Source: Octopus vulgaris
Lineage: Eukaryota
Direction: 5' to 3'
NCBI GenBank assembly: GCA_951406725.2
Contig: OX597829.1
Coordinates: forward strand, 29,450,001 to 29,514,000
Length of the DNA stretch: 64,000 nt
Within the stretch, counting starts at the first letter, position 1. Every line of letters starts with the position of its first letter. Under the pieces are notes generated by a model, which saw only the letters and a program-made list of their open reading frames with translations, made no database searches and was not told the origin of the DNA. Below are positions 25,623 to 38,465 of this stretch, piece after piece. Made by a program: the position numbers and the translations under genes.

Positions 25623-28143
25623 GAAAAAAAAAGAAAGAAAGAAACCTAGCAAGCCAGTTCAAAGTTTCCATATTTCTGCAGAAAGTTAAAGGAAGCCTTG
25701 GTCACTGTGCTACATTAAGCAAAGCAGGGTGTCTGTTGCTAAGTCCTGAACAAGATGTAACTAAAATTCAAGATTTGTTGTTTGGGAATGAAAAAAACCC
25801 CATGGAAATTAAGCCCACTTTTGTGCAAAGAATGAAGTTTACCCTCATTTTGGAAAGAATTTCCTGTTGAAAGACTTCATGTTAACATTGTATGTATCTG
25901 TATTTGTTTTTCATTCAGTGAATTTCTTTTGGATTCTTTCCATGTTTTGACTTTCGAGTTTCATGGTAGGATACCTCAAGTGGTGATTTAGAATTTGGTC
26001 TCATTATTTAATAAGAGAACTTTGACCTGGAACAGGTAATCAGTGAGATATTTCAATGTCATATGTACATATCAGTAACTTAAGTGGTTCTGATTGATAA
26101 TTTATACCTGAATTTGTTGAGCAGTGAAGACAAAGTTGATCTTGAACCGGGGTGAATTGATTATATTGTTGATCCTTGTATTGATGCTTTTATTAGTGAT
26201 GTGGATCCTTTGAACTAAGAAGCTTATCCCATTGTGTATTTCTTCAACTTTTTCCTGAAGCAATGTTTGTCATGATGGATGATGAGCCCAAGGTATATGC
26301 ATTAACAGGGCAACACCATCTTCATTACATTGATGGAGGAGATGAGAGTATATCTTGGAATACTTTCTGATGCTTGTTGTGCAACTTCCAAGTTATGGAG
26401 ACTATTGAAGCACAAATTCCGTGTTGAATACAGAAAATAAATGACCAGAAATCGGTATCTAGTAAATATGTGTAAAAATACCCACCTCTTGTCAAATATC
26501 TATATTCAACCTACATTGACTGCTGACAGTAACATGACAACATCAGGTTAAAATCAACTAAAACAGGTGAAAACTGCAATCACAATGTTCACTAATGGTC
26601 ATTATTTTGTATTGGCAAATTTAATCCAAATTCATGCAATAATTATATTTTTATACTGGATGGTTAGCTTGTGTGTGTATAGGTAATGAGAAACATCATT
26701 GGGTACTGTGGGGTCTGTATAGACATGCAAATCTTGACAAATCTTGATGACAATAAAGCTATTCAAGAATATTCCATTGTGGGGGCCACAAAGAAGAGCA
26801 ATTGGACTAGTGGTATAAGGCTGAAAGTCTGTTGTGGGGCATTAAGAGCTTCTGGAGGGCTTTTTCTTAGAGGAACTAGAAAAGCAGAGGATGGGAGAGA
26901 GAGAGAGATAAACAAACAGTAGTAGAGACAATCCTAAGACCATAAGCTATCAGAAATGGCTTTCTCTGGAGAACAACTGGTTGCAGATTCTTGAGTAGTT
27001 GAAAATCTCACCTCATCCTTGATGTCAGGAGCTGATGACTTGGAAGCCAAGAGAACTTAGCTCAGAAGTTCCATTCCAGTGTCTTCCAATGTTGGTGAAT
27101 AAATAGAGACTAGGCAGAGTAATGGAAAACTATAATGAAAGGCAAAGCAAAGAGGAAAAAGGCATGTAAGAAAGGAAACAAGCTCAAAGCTAAGAAGTGT
27201 AAGAACAGCAAAGAGGAGTACACCCCCATCTCTGGATGTCTTGTGAATCACCAACGAGTACTTAAACTGAGGCATGAAGCTAGAATATGAAAACGGTGTG
27301 CTGAGGAGGAGCAAATAGGGCCAGACTTAAAAAGGCACTCAGATAATACGTTACTGATGAAAACCAATGCTGATGGTCTCATCTAAAATTGGAATGCCTA
27401 GAGGATATGGGGAAAACTTTTTTTGGGAAGATGGTCAGAGTCTTGGAGGACTCTCATCCAACATACTTTGTGATGGCTTCCCACTTGTGTTGATTGATTG
27501 CTTGTATTTTGTTTTTGCTTTTATATTTTATGTAATTAAATTTGTGCATGTATATATGTATACACACACATACACACAAAATTAGTCCCACTGTGATGTC
27601 TTGGGTAAGTGTCTTCTATAGCCTGGGCTGACCAAAGACTATTGTGTGTGTATTATGTTTATGTTTTCCAGTTTCAGCTCTTGAGCTGTGGCCATGCTGG
27701 GGCACCGCCATTTATGTGTTTATATGCATATGTATATACACATGCATTTGTGTGTGTATATATAGGGATATATCTATATTTATGCATGACTATATATGTG
27801 TCTATATATATATATGTGCGTGTGTATATAGATGTGTGTGTGTATCAATAGTAAACAGAAATGGCATTTAAAATTTAGCAACTAAAACAGCTGTTGTAAA
27901 TTTTATATGCCATTTGTGTTTACTTTTTATACCTGCACCGTGCCAAGGACCAACTGGGGAGTTGGGGTCTACAGTTAGAAATTGGGTTTGATACTTGCAT
28001 ATTTCCTGAATCCTGCCAACACTTGCAATATTCAATGTTGTTTTATTTTATTGTGAACCCTGTGTGATCATATGTAGCCATTTTGGTGTCCTACAGATTG
28101 GTGTGCTTTGATTCTTGAGAATCCTATAACTAAATTATACATA

Positions 28144-28524
28144 GGCGCAGGATTGGCTGTGTGGTAAGTAGCTTGCTTACCAACCACATGGTTCTGGGTT
28201 CAGTCCCACTGCGTGGCACCTTGGTCAAGTGTTCTCTACTAAAGCCTCAGGCCAACCAAAGCCTTGTGAGTGGATTTGGTAGACGGAAACTGAAAGAAGC
28301 CTGTCGTATATATGTATATATATGTATGTTTGTGTGTTTGTTCCCCCAACATCGCTCGACAACTGATGCTGGTGTGTTTACGTCCCCGTAACTTAGCAGT
28401 TTGGCAAAAGAGACCGATAGAATAAGTGCTAGGCTAACAAAGAATAAGTCCTGGGGTCAATTTGCTCGACTAAAGGCGATGCTCCAGCATGGCCGCAGTC
28501 AAATGACTGAAACAAGTAAAAGAG
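28144..28524 (+). mobile_element. tRNA-derived SINE family A, full length
   Basis: GGCGCAGGATTGGCTGTGTGG head through GAAACAAGTAAAAGAG tail, flanked by TA. Confidence 0.85.
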
Positions 28525-29192
28525 TATATATAAAAGTATCTATACTTATCAGAATATATATGTGCGTGTGTTTGCATGTATGTTTTTGTGAATGTTTACA
28601 AAACTACCGAGCTGGCATTAGCATTTGGTTCCCAGCTACAAGCAGTGACATTGTGATGGGGCTGCAACCAGTAAAGTTTATTGACATTTCTTTGTCAACA
28701 AATCATCTCAAGATCTGCACTTCAGGAGTCTTCCTTGTAAAAGAGGTAAAGGTTGCAGACAAGAAGTGCATCTTGCCATATAAAGCCTGTCTCAGTATTT
28801 ACACCAACGTAAATGATGCTAGCATGGAAAAGAAGCATTAAATAAAGATGTATGTATATATCTATCAACCCAGCCATTCTATATCTATCTATCTATCCAG
28901 CCATCTTATACATATACATATATATATATATATATATAAATTTGATTAATTAGAGGATATGTTAACCTTGTGAAGGGATGGTTGCATCCAAGGAAATACT
29001 GGTACAATACCTAGTATTGTTGGGGATGAAATTCCCTTAAAAGCAATAGGTATATATTAAGCATATAGCTTATGTCCATTTAAAAGAAGGAAAGAAAATA
29101 GAGATAAGGAAGTCAACAATTATTTATTATTAACAAATTAACTTCATTATCTCCATTTCCTTTTCTTTTAAATGTATATATATATATATACA

Positions 29193-29590
29193 GGCGCAGG
29201 AGTGGCTGTGTGGTAAGTAGCTTGCTAACCAACCCCATGGTACTGGGTTCAGTCCCACTGCGTGGCACCTTGGGCAAGTGTCTTCTGCTATAGCCTCGGG
29301 CCGACCAATGCCTTGTGAGTGGATTTGGTAGACGGAAACTGAAAGAAGCCTGTCGTATATATGTATATATATGTATGTGTGTGTGTGTTTGTGTGTCTGT
29401 GTTTGTCTCCCTCACATTGCTTGACAACCGATGTTGGTGTGTTTACGTCCCCGTCACTTAGCGGTTCGGCAAAAGAGACCGATAGAATAAGTATTGGGCT
29501 TACAAAGAATAAGTTCCGGGGTCGATTTCCTCGACTAAAGGCGGTGCTCCAGCATGGCTGCAGTCAAATGACTGAAACAAGTAAAAGAGT
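29193..29590 (+). mobile_element. tRNA-derived SINE family A, full length
   Basis: Same layout as 28144-28524, with an internal (TA)/(TG) tract. Confidence 0.85.
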
Positions 29591-29863
29591 AATATTTTCA
29601 AATTAATAATAAAAGGGTAAAATTAATTTAATTAATTAATCAATCAATTAATTAATAATTTTACCAAGTAGATCAGTACATTAAAATAACCTTTATGGGT
29701 AAAATTATACAAATATTCTATAATTATAAACATAATTATAATTAGGGGTCAGGTAATTGCTTCACCACATATCGAATTTAGAAATAGGAGTTAAAAATTC
29801 CTTTTCTACTGCCGTAAGAATCTCCCAGACAGTAACACACAGTGTTTGTAATTATAGAATATT

Positions 29864-29907
<44 letters not shown>

Positions 29908-29945
29908 AACAAATCTTGGAAGTGTCAAATGTGTTTGGTATTTTA

Positions 29946-30345
29946 CAGACAAGAAAGTAAATTTTGAACATAGTATAACTGTAAGAGTAGCTGAGAAAGA
30001 GTGGGTATTTACCCTTATAAGATGGAAAAAAGTTGCCAGCAGGAGGCTACGGGAGTTGAACCTGTACCCCTCAGATACTGGCTGTGTGCTCTACCACTAA
30101 GCTAAGCAGTCCGTTATGAAAAATGTCGCATTTGGAAAGCTATGATTTAGCATCAAAATTGATAGTGATTATTGTCAGGGGCTGTTTAGCTTAATGGCTG
30201 AGCACTCAGCTGGTATCTGAGGGGAACAGGTTCAACTCCCATAGTGGTCTATAGGCAACTTTTTTCTGTCTTATAAGGGTAAATATTCAACCTCTCTCTG
30301 CTGTTCTTACACTTTTCCTGTGTTTGAATTTTACTTTCTTGTCTG
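29946..30345. repeat. Palindrome with two head-to-head tRNA-like sequences
   Basis: Arms of about 167 bp. tRNA-like units at 30041-30112(-) and 30179-30250(+), each followed by GGCAAC and a T6-7 run. Confidence 0.8.
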
Positions 30346-30442
30346 GGTCATATAGATATCAATACCTCTCATACCCTCACTATAGATATATATATATATA
30401 TTTGCTTATTTGCATCATTTAAAAAAGCATTTTTAATTCATC

Positions 30443-30667
30443 TTAATCGTTTAGCAACTAAAATGGCCATATTTGGCCCAAATATTCTACCTGTTTTATG
30501 TTCAAACCAGCCATATCCAGCTTCTCACACCTACCCTACAACGTCGTTCTAAAACTAGACAATCACATCATCCAAATCTCAAAGCTGGAAAATAATGCAT
30601 GATTAATTGAAAACAATATGAATAAATAAGTATTAATTTGACAACAATTTGAATGCTAAAGGGTTAA
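30443..30667. mobile_element. TTAA-flanked MITE (piggyBac-like)
   Basis: TTAA-TCGTTTAGCA...TGCTAAAGGG-TTAA; decayed relatives near 21450-21670 and 59470-59645. Confidence 0.55.
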
Positions 30668-30912
30668 TATATAGTATAATTTTTCTGCTTTACTTGGTAG
30701 ATATATTTCCCTGTGTTTTATAAAGCCTTATGCAACATACGTATGCACGCGCACACACACATACACACACACACGCACGCAAATATAAATGGCCTCAATG
30801 TTAAAAAAATACCGTCACTACCATCATCATTACTACTATCATTGGCATTGCCATCATCATCACACTACTACCACCATCATCATCACCATCAACATCACCA
30901 TCATCAGTATTA

Positions 30913-32155
30913 TTGGGTCACCCCATAAATATTACATATTTTTTATACTTTTATTTTTCAAAATTAAGAGAAACAAAGTTCTTTTTTAATCTAAAATATA
31001 CTCTCCTTCACGTTTTACAATGCTCTTCCATCTGGTAGACTTGCAAGGCCCCTCTTCCAAAATTCACTTGTCTGTGACAAAAAAAAAAATACTCCTTCTG
31101 TATTGTTCTGACCTCATCTACAGAGTTCATATCTTTCTGTCCAAATGATTTTGAAAATTGTGGAATAAATGATAATCAGATGGGGCAATATCCAGCAAAT
31201 ATAGTGGGTGGGGCATCGTTTCCCATTCAAACTGCTCCAGCCTTTGGAATGTCATCCTTGCTGTGTGAGGTTGAGCATTATCCTGATGGAAGAACACCTT
31301 AGCTGCTCAAACTACTCACAGTAGGTCTCCTTTGTTATCATTTGGTTTAGGTTTAAAAGTTCAAAGTGGACTAAAACTTTCATATTTCACCAAACATATT
31401 ACCTTACATGGGTGAAGACCTTCTTTAGCCTGGTATTTTTCCTTTCCCTACCCACTGTCTTTGGTGCTTGACATTTTTATAGAGAACTCATTTCTTGTCA
31501 CCAGTCACTATTCAGTCTCCCCCCCCCCCCCAAAAAAAAGGTTCATTCGTGGGACATGACAGCAAGGAAGAACACACATTCACTCTCTGCACACAATTAG
31601 ACTCGGAAAGTTTGTGAGGAATGCATTGACCCAATTTGTTGACTTTTCTGATGGCACACTGGTGTTGATGAACGGTTGAATGACCAAATCCAAGCTTCTC
31701 TGCTAGTTCCTCAACAATTACAATGGAATTTTTTTCCACCAGGGTTTGCAGGATGTCCTCGTCAAACTCTACAGATCTTCCAGGATGAGGTGCATCTTCT
31801 AGGCTGTAGTTTCCAGCTTGGAATTTCTGGAACTACTATTGACACTGGCTTATGCTTATTGTCTGATCCCCATATACTGCATTAACATTCCTCACACTTT
31901 CCATTGCATTGTTGCCTTTATTGAAGTCATGAAGCAAAATATGCTGACTATGCTCCTTTGTATCTTCCATTACAGTTTTGAAAAAATAACTGTTAAAATC
32001 AAACTGCATTCTTCAAAAACTTGCACTAAGAATAAGGATGAAGTAAAATTACTACCTGCTTTTATAGTAAGTTGATGTGGGTAGTTTATCCTGTCCCCCT
32101 CTGACTTTTAGTTCATGCAATCGAAAAAAACTGCGTTATTTATGGGATGACCCAA
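30913..32155 (-). mobile_element. Full-length decayed mariner element
   Basis: TA-flanked TIRs TTGGGTCACCCCATAAATA / TATTTATGGGATGACCCAA, 1243 bp. Transposase remnants include EELAEKLGFGHSTV..GQCIPHKLSE. Confidence 0.9.
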
Positions 32156-33014
32156 TATTATTGCATTCACTCTGATTACCACTGAATTTTTGTGTCCCTG
32201 TGAGTACCACCAATCTTTTGTCATTTTGTCCTGCTTTTTTCAGTCTTGCAACTTACTTGGCAACTTCACGAGTGCTGGTGGTATGTAAGAAGTATGCAGT
32301 ATGCACTGTAAGGTGGTTGCCATTGGGAAAGGCTTCAAACCTTAGAGAACATGCTAAAGCTGACACTGAAACTTGGCTTACTGCATCTTGCCAAACCATC
32401 TGACCCATGCCAGATTGAAAAATGGATGTTCAGTGACAACGATGATGATGATATTTTGTAGAACTGATCAGTAATATAAGGGCATAGTTTTATTTTCTTT
32501 TTACGTTGACCCTATAGAGCCACAGCTTCTTTGAAAAATTTTTCGTGAAAAATCTAGATTTAAAAAAAATAAAGCAATGATTTCAATAATGACAACATAG
32601 TATTCATGATGGAAGAAAGCGATTCAAAGTGCAGAGGAAATACAATGGTTCCTCAATGGCCAACAGTATCATGGCAACAGCTACAAGTGCTGCTACTATA
32701 GCAACCGAAATTGTGACACTCTGTCAAAGCAGCTACTGCACATGATATCATGTGTGACTAAGAAAACTGACTCTACCCTTTGTAAAATCACACACATGCA
32801 TGCACACACAAAAATAAAATTTTACCCTTTCTTGAGTGGCGAGTCACTGGACAGGAGTAGCTGTGTTGTAAATAGCTTACTTACCAACCACATGGTTCCA
32901 GATTCAGTCCCACTGCATGGCACCTTGGGCAAGTGTCTTCTACTATAGCCTTGGGTCGACCAAAGCCTTGTGAGTGGATTTGGTAGATGTAAACTGAAAG
33001 AAGCCCATCGTATA

Positions 33015-33059
<45 letters not shown>

Positions 33060-34577
33060 ATATGTTTGTGTGTCCATGTTTGTCCCTCCAACATCGCTTG
33101 ACTATCGATGCTGGTGTGTTTGTGTCCCCATAACTTAGCAGTTCAGCAAAAGAGACCGATAGAATAAGTACTAGGCTTACAAAGAATAAGTCGTGGGGGT
33201 CGATTTGCCTGACTATAGGCGGTGCTCCAGCATGGCCACAGTCACATGACTGAAACAAATAAAAGAGAGAGTAAAGAGTATACAAATTTACAATTACCTT
33301 AACATTCACATTAACAAATGTTGGCAGGTGTGGCTGTGTGGCAAGAAGTTTGCTTTCTAACCACATAGTTCTGAGTTCAGTCTCACTGTGTGGCACTTTG
33401 GGCAAGTGTCTTCTACTATAGCCTTGGGCCAACCAAAACTTTGCGAGTAGATTTGGTAGACAGAAACTGAAAGAAACCTCTCATGTATATATCTGTGTAT
33501 GTGTGTGTTTGTGTTGGTGTTGGTGTGTTTACATCCCCGTAACTTAGTGGTTCAGCAAAAGAAACCAATAGAAGTAAAGTTGAAGAAGTTTTGGAAGGTT
33601 CTGAAATGAAAAAAAAGAGCAAGTTGTATGATTTGTAAGTGATAATGCTTTAAGCACATTAACCACAATTGAGATGTGAATAAAATTAATAAAGAAAGTG
33701 CACAAATGTTGGAAGGTGAACATGATATTCCTACAAATGATCTCCAAACAGGAAAGAAAGAGAGAGAGAGAGAGCAGTGAAATTGTAGATGATAATGTTG
33801 AGAAAACATCAAAGAGATTCCTAATTCGAGTTTTGCATTTGCTGTGTGTACATTGTAACTAGCAATAAGGGAAAGATTGAGAGATTGTCACATAGCTACT
33901 CACATGGGCTAGTGGAGGCAAGTAGTCCTAAAATAGATTCTATTCTCTTTACATGCTGGTAAAGGAGTTATTTTTGGATCAAGCAACACACTGGGGGAGC
34001 CTCTGTTTGGTGAGCAAGAATTTGCTTGAACTAAAAACTTTTCTCAAAGACTTGATTAATGAAAATATTTCAGTAACTGAAAGCCTGTAGGCACAAGCGA
34101 AACAATAAGAATGTTTTGCTTTCTCAACCTTTTACTAAAAAGTTGCAATCTAAAAGATTTAACACTTAGTAGATTCTTGTTGGAAAAGACAAGCTTGATG
34201 TGTCACCTGGGTGAAAGTGCAGGATTAATTGATTTTCAATAAAAAAAAAAAACAGGAGGATTTCTTATTAGAAAATCTAATCCTATGAACTGAATTTCTC
34301 TGAACAATGACAAGATTCCTAAAGGTAAAAAGGTACTCTATGAAGCAGCAATTATTGTATAAAAGTTAGAGGTACTACATGTAACTTAGTCAGTACTTTG
34401 GATCATGGAAGCTAATCACTCTCTGTAGAATTAATATTATACTTCAGCAAAATACAACATTCAAAAGTAAAGTGATGCCATATCTGACCATAAAACTGAT
34501 TACTACAATCATAAACAACTACCAAACTTTACATTTATTCTGCTGGAAATATTTAATGTAAAATCCTTTTTTTTTTG

Positions 34578-34837
34578 CTGTTGTGTCTAGGGAGAGTCAT
34601 TTTCTTTTTGTGCCTTATAATGTAACACACTCACCAGTAAAATTTCCACTTATTTCTTATTTTCCTAAAATTTTCATTGCATCTTGCAACTTTTTCAATA
34701 GTCAAAACTATTGAAAAGGTTGCAAGACGCAACGAAAATTTTAGGAAAATAGAAATAAGAAATAAGTGGAAATTTTACCGGTGAGTGTTTTACATTATAA
34801 GGCACAAAAAGAAAATCACTCTCCCCAGACATAACAG
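34578..34837. repeat. Near-perfect fold-back with 4-nt loop
   Basis: Arms of about 125 bp centred on CAATAGT-CAAA-ACTATTG (34703-34706). Confidence 0.9.
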
Positions 34838-37800
34838 AATATGCTTCAAAACACAAACTCATATAAAGAATCTTGCAAACTAAATCCTTTTTTTTTTTTA
34901 TGTAACAAAGCAAAAATCTGAACTGGCTCATTTCTGCTCCATTATCACATTCTTTTTTAACCTTAATATTGTTAAATTTTTGCAGTTCTATTCTAAGCTT
35001 ACATATTTTCTGTAGTGTAGACATGTATGTAATGCATTGCATTTTGTTTTCTGTTTTCTACTTCATAAATAATTGTTTGTGAGTTAAGTATCACAATAAA
35101 AGACTGCAAGCTGTAATTGAATAAATTAGATGGTCTACTAGTGAAAAACAGGTTAATAGTTTGTCATATCTTATCACTAACATGGCACTATTCCAACAAC
35201 ATAGGCATTTAACTTTGTTTGCTGTTATGGCTATTTGGTTTTAAAAGTTTGCTTCCCAACCTTGTAGGTTCTGGGTTAAGTGGTTTTGGGCAATAGCATA
35301 AAACACTTGCCCAAGGTTCTACACAGTGGTGTGTTGGGCAAGTGTCTTCTGCTATGGTTTCAGTCTGACCAAAGCTTTGAGTGGCTTTGGTAGATAGAAA
35401 TTGAAACAAGTCTGTTGTGTGTACGTGTGTGTGTGTGTGTATGTGTGTGTGTGCATGTGCTTGCGTGAATACATCTACCATCATTTGTATGATCCTATCA
35501 ACAAATTGTCTGGCCACTTTATAGTTTCAGAAACACAGAGAATAGGAAGTTCCCTGCTGGTAAAACAGTGAAGGATTGGTGTCATAAAGGGCAGCTAGCT
35601 GTAAAGTAACACCAAAACATATTCAACCCATGCAAGCATAGAAAAACAGATGTAAGGCAAATGAAAACAAATGGGTTTGGAAATGTTGGGATGTCCATCA
35701 CCTGTTGTAGATGTTGAAAGCACTCTATTGTTTAAGTATTTATGTTGCTTAAAAAAAAAAAAAATTGCTATTTACTAGTTGCTCTCTGTATCTTCTTCAG
35801 TAATAGCAGTAAGAGGTGTTAGTCACATGTATGGTGGTAGTTGATGTGCACCAAAAATTTTGATCAAATTTTGAAAATAATTACAGATTTTGGCAAGAGA
35901 AAAAAACCCCAAAGAAACAAGGGAAGTGAATATATTTGAAAAAGCAGCTACGACAAACATTTACAATCTAACAAGTTGAGGAGAAAAGTGATATTTCTAA
36001 TAGTATTTATAACAATAGCAACAGTTTTGCTAACATTTCTATAAGAGGGAATTGTTTGGTATAGGTTGGCATCGGGAAAAGAAAATAAGGAGCGACACGT
36101 TACAAAGAACAGTACCTCTTTACTTTCAGAATATTTTTTTAAAAAACCCCACTCAAAGTGTCCACAAATAAACAATTGGAAAACACAGACATGATATGTG
36201 TTCTATTGTCTGTAGTCTGATGTAGGAAGTTTGTGCCAAGGTTTTAAGATCAAGGAGAAGATAAGGCAACAGGGGAGTTAATATTCCACACTTGCCTGTA
36301 AACATGTGTCACAATATGAAGGTGGGTGAAATAGAAGGATCACTGCCAGGGACATTTGTACAGACATTGAGCCAAGGCTTAGTATTACTTTTGTGGCACA
36401 GTTCAGGCTGGTGGTGAGTGCAGAGGTGATTTGTAACTTTATGTGGATAATCACATTTTGATGAACTCTGAAGACCACAAAGTTATTCGCTGTTGCAGGA
36501 GCAGAAAGAGCAGTTAGACTTGGTGTATAGAGCAGAAGGCCCAGCATAGCAGTAAAGGATACTTGAAGATGCTTGGAGGAAGTGGAAATGAAAAGAGAAG
36601 AGGGAAATGTGGACAACAACAGAGGCAATAAAAACAACTGAAAACCCCAGAAGTTCTAAAAATTCTAGGGTACCACTGTTTGTATCTCAGAGGAAAGTGT
36701 GATAAAATTGCCTTGACCTCAATGACTAAGTAGCTGAGAAGCTCATTATGTTGTGTTGTGATAATTGTAAGCAAATGAAAGTTTGAGAACACTGGCAATC
36801 TATTGTGGAAGATAAAATAAAACAGAAAAAGACACAAAAGAAAAGAAATGAAGCCAAATGTAATGCATGACCCTACAAGGGGATCAATGTGAGATCCCCT
36901 TGAGATCGATGGTTACGTGAAATATGTAGATCTTGGCAGCAGATGTAATGAACCTAAAGGAAGACGGGAATGGTTGTGTTGGTTGAGGTAAAAATAGGAC
37001 TAGAATTCAAAAGACATTGAAATGATTGACTGGCAATATTCTATCATCTACAAAGGCAGCAAACTGGCAGAATAGTTACTGTGCCAGGTAAAATACTTTG
37101 TGCCATTTTGTCTGTTCTTACATTGTGAGTTTAAATGTTGCTGAGGTTGACTTTGCTTGTCATCATTTTGTAGTTGATAAAATGAGTACCATTTGAGCAT
37201 TGGGGCTGATGTAATTGACTTATGCTCTTCTGAAATTGCTGGCCTCATGCCAAAATGGGAAACCATTATTCTATCATTTGCAATAGTTCTTATTTCATCC
37301 AACACAATAGATGACGACAAGCACTTTAGATGTAACAGAGTCCAGTACCAGGAGTTAACTGTGGGCAGAGTTCTGGAATATTGTGACACAACTTTGATCA
37401 TAGATTCTCACCTGTGTAGGGAAGGGTTGCTTTATCTGTTTTTATTTGTGTTTGATTTTTTATTTTATTTATATTTGTATTTATATATTCATTTATTTAT
37501 TTATATATTTTATCAAAATTTCCGATGTTTTAATATATTTACTATGTGACACACTTTGTTCCTGAGTAGTAAGTGCTATTTGCTAATTGTTTATATCGGA
37601 AAAGTATATAAAGTGGCTAATATTTCCTTTGGACATTACTTTTGCGATCTACATGGTTTATCCTATTTTGAAATTTATTTATTTCCTCCAGGAAAAGAAG
37701 CAAATATGCAAATTTTCTTTGACATAAGGTCAGGAAAATAACTCTAATATATTTAGGCTATTCAAATGTGAGAAGTGATTTCTCAAAACTTGAAATTGTA

Positions 37801-38397
37801 ATGTAAATCACTTTCATGTATCAGACCACAAATATAGTTCCCTTTCACATTTTTGTTAAATTCTTGTAGGCCTCACATGTTTTAATAGACATGTGCTCTC
37901 ACAGACATATCAAAATGCATCTGCTACATGATTTCAGCTTCTTCACATCATCCCTGTAAAATGCAGCCTAGCCTATGTACTAAGATAGTTATAACTAATC
38001 AGAACTAGTGAGCTTAAGGTCCCTATATTTGTATTATTATTTATATTATTGGAAAGTTCTTGATAATTCTTGAAAGTTCAAGAAATTTCTCTATCTCTTG
38101 CTCAGCCCTGAATCTATCTGAAATGCTCTGGAAAATAGGTTAAGTTTAAAATATCATTACTTAGATAATAAGAACAAAGTTTGAAGAGAATTATAGCCAT
38201 TTCCTATGCATTTTAAGCATTTGCTATAAGGAGTAGCAATTATTGCTTAGGATCAAGTAAATATTTTGTTACACAGTGTTATATAACATTGTTTACCTGC
38301 CCTTATTTTTATACACTTATATGAGATACAGCTCTAGTCCACTGACCTCTCTCCATAACCTGAATGTACAGGCCCTTTTGGCAAAGACAACTGTATT

Positions 38398-38465
<68 letters not shown>

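Noticed and set aside
25700-27500. Less repetitive stretch, possible hidden exon or old LINE
   Set aside because: The menin frame is complete without it and no recognisable domain or splice-consistent ORF was found.
30179-30250. Functional tRNA-Thr gene
   Set aside because: Acceptor and T stems are mismatched; treated as a tRNA-derived repeat.
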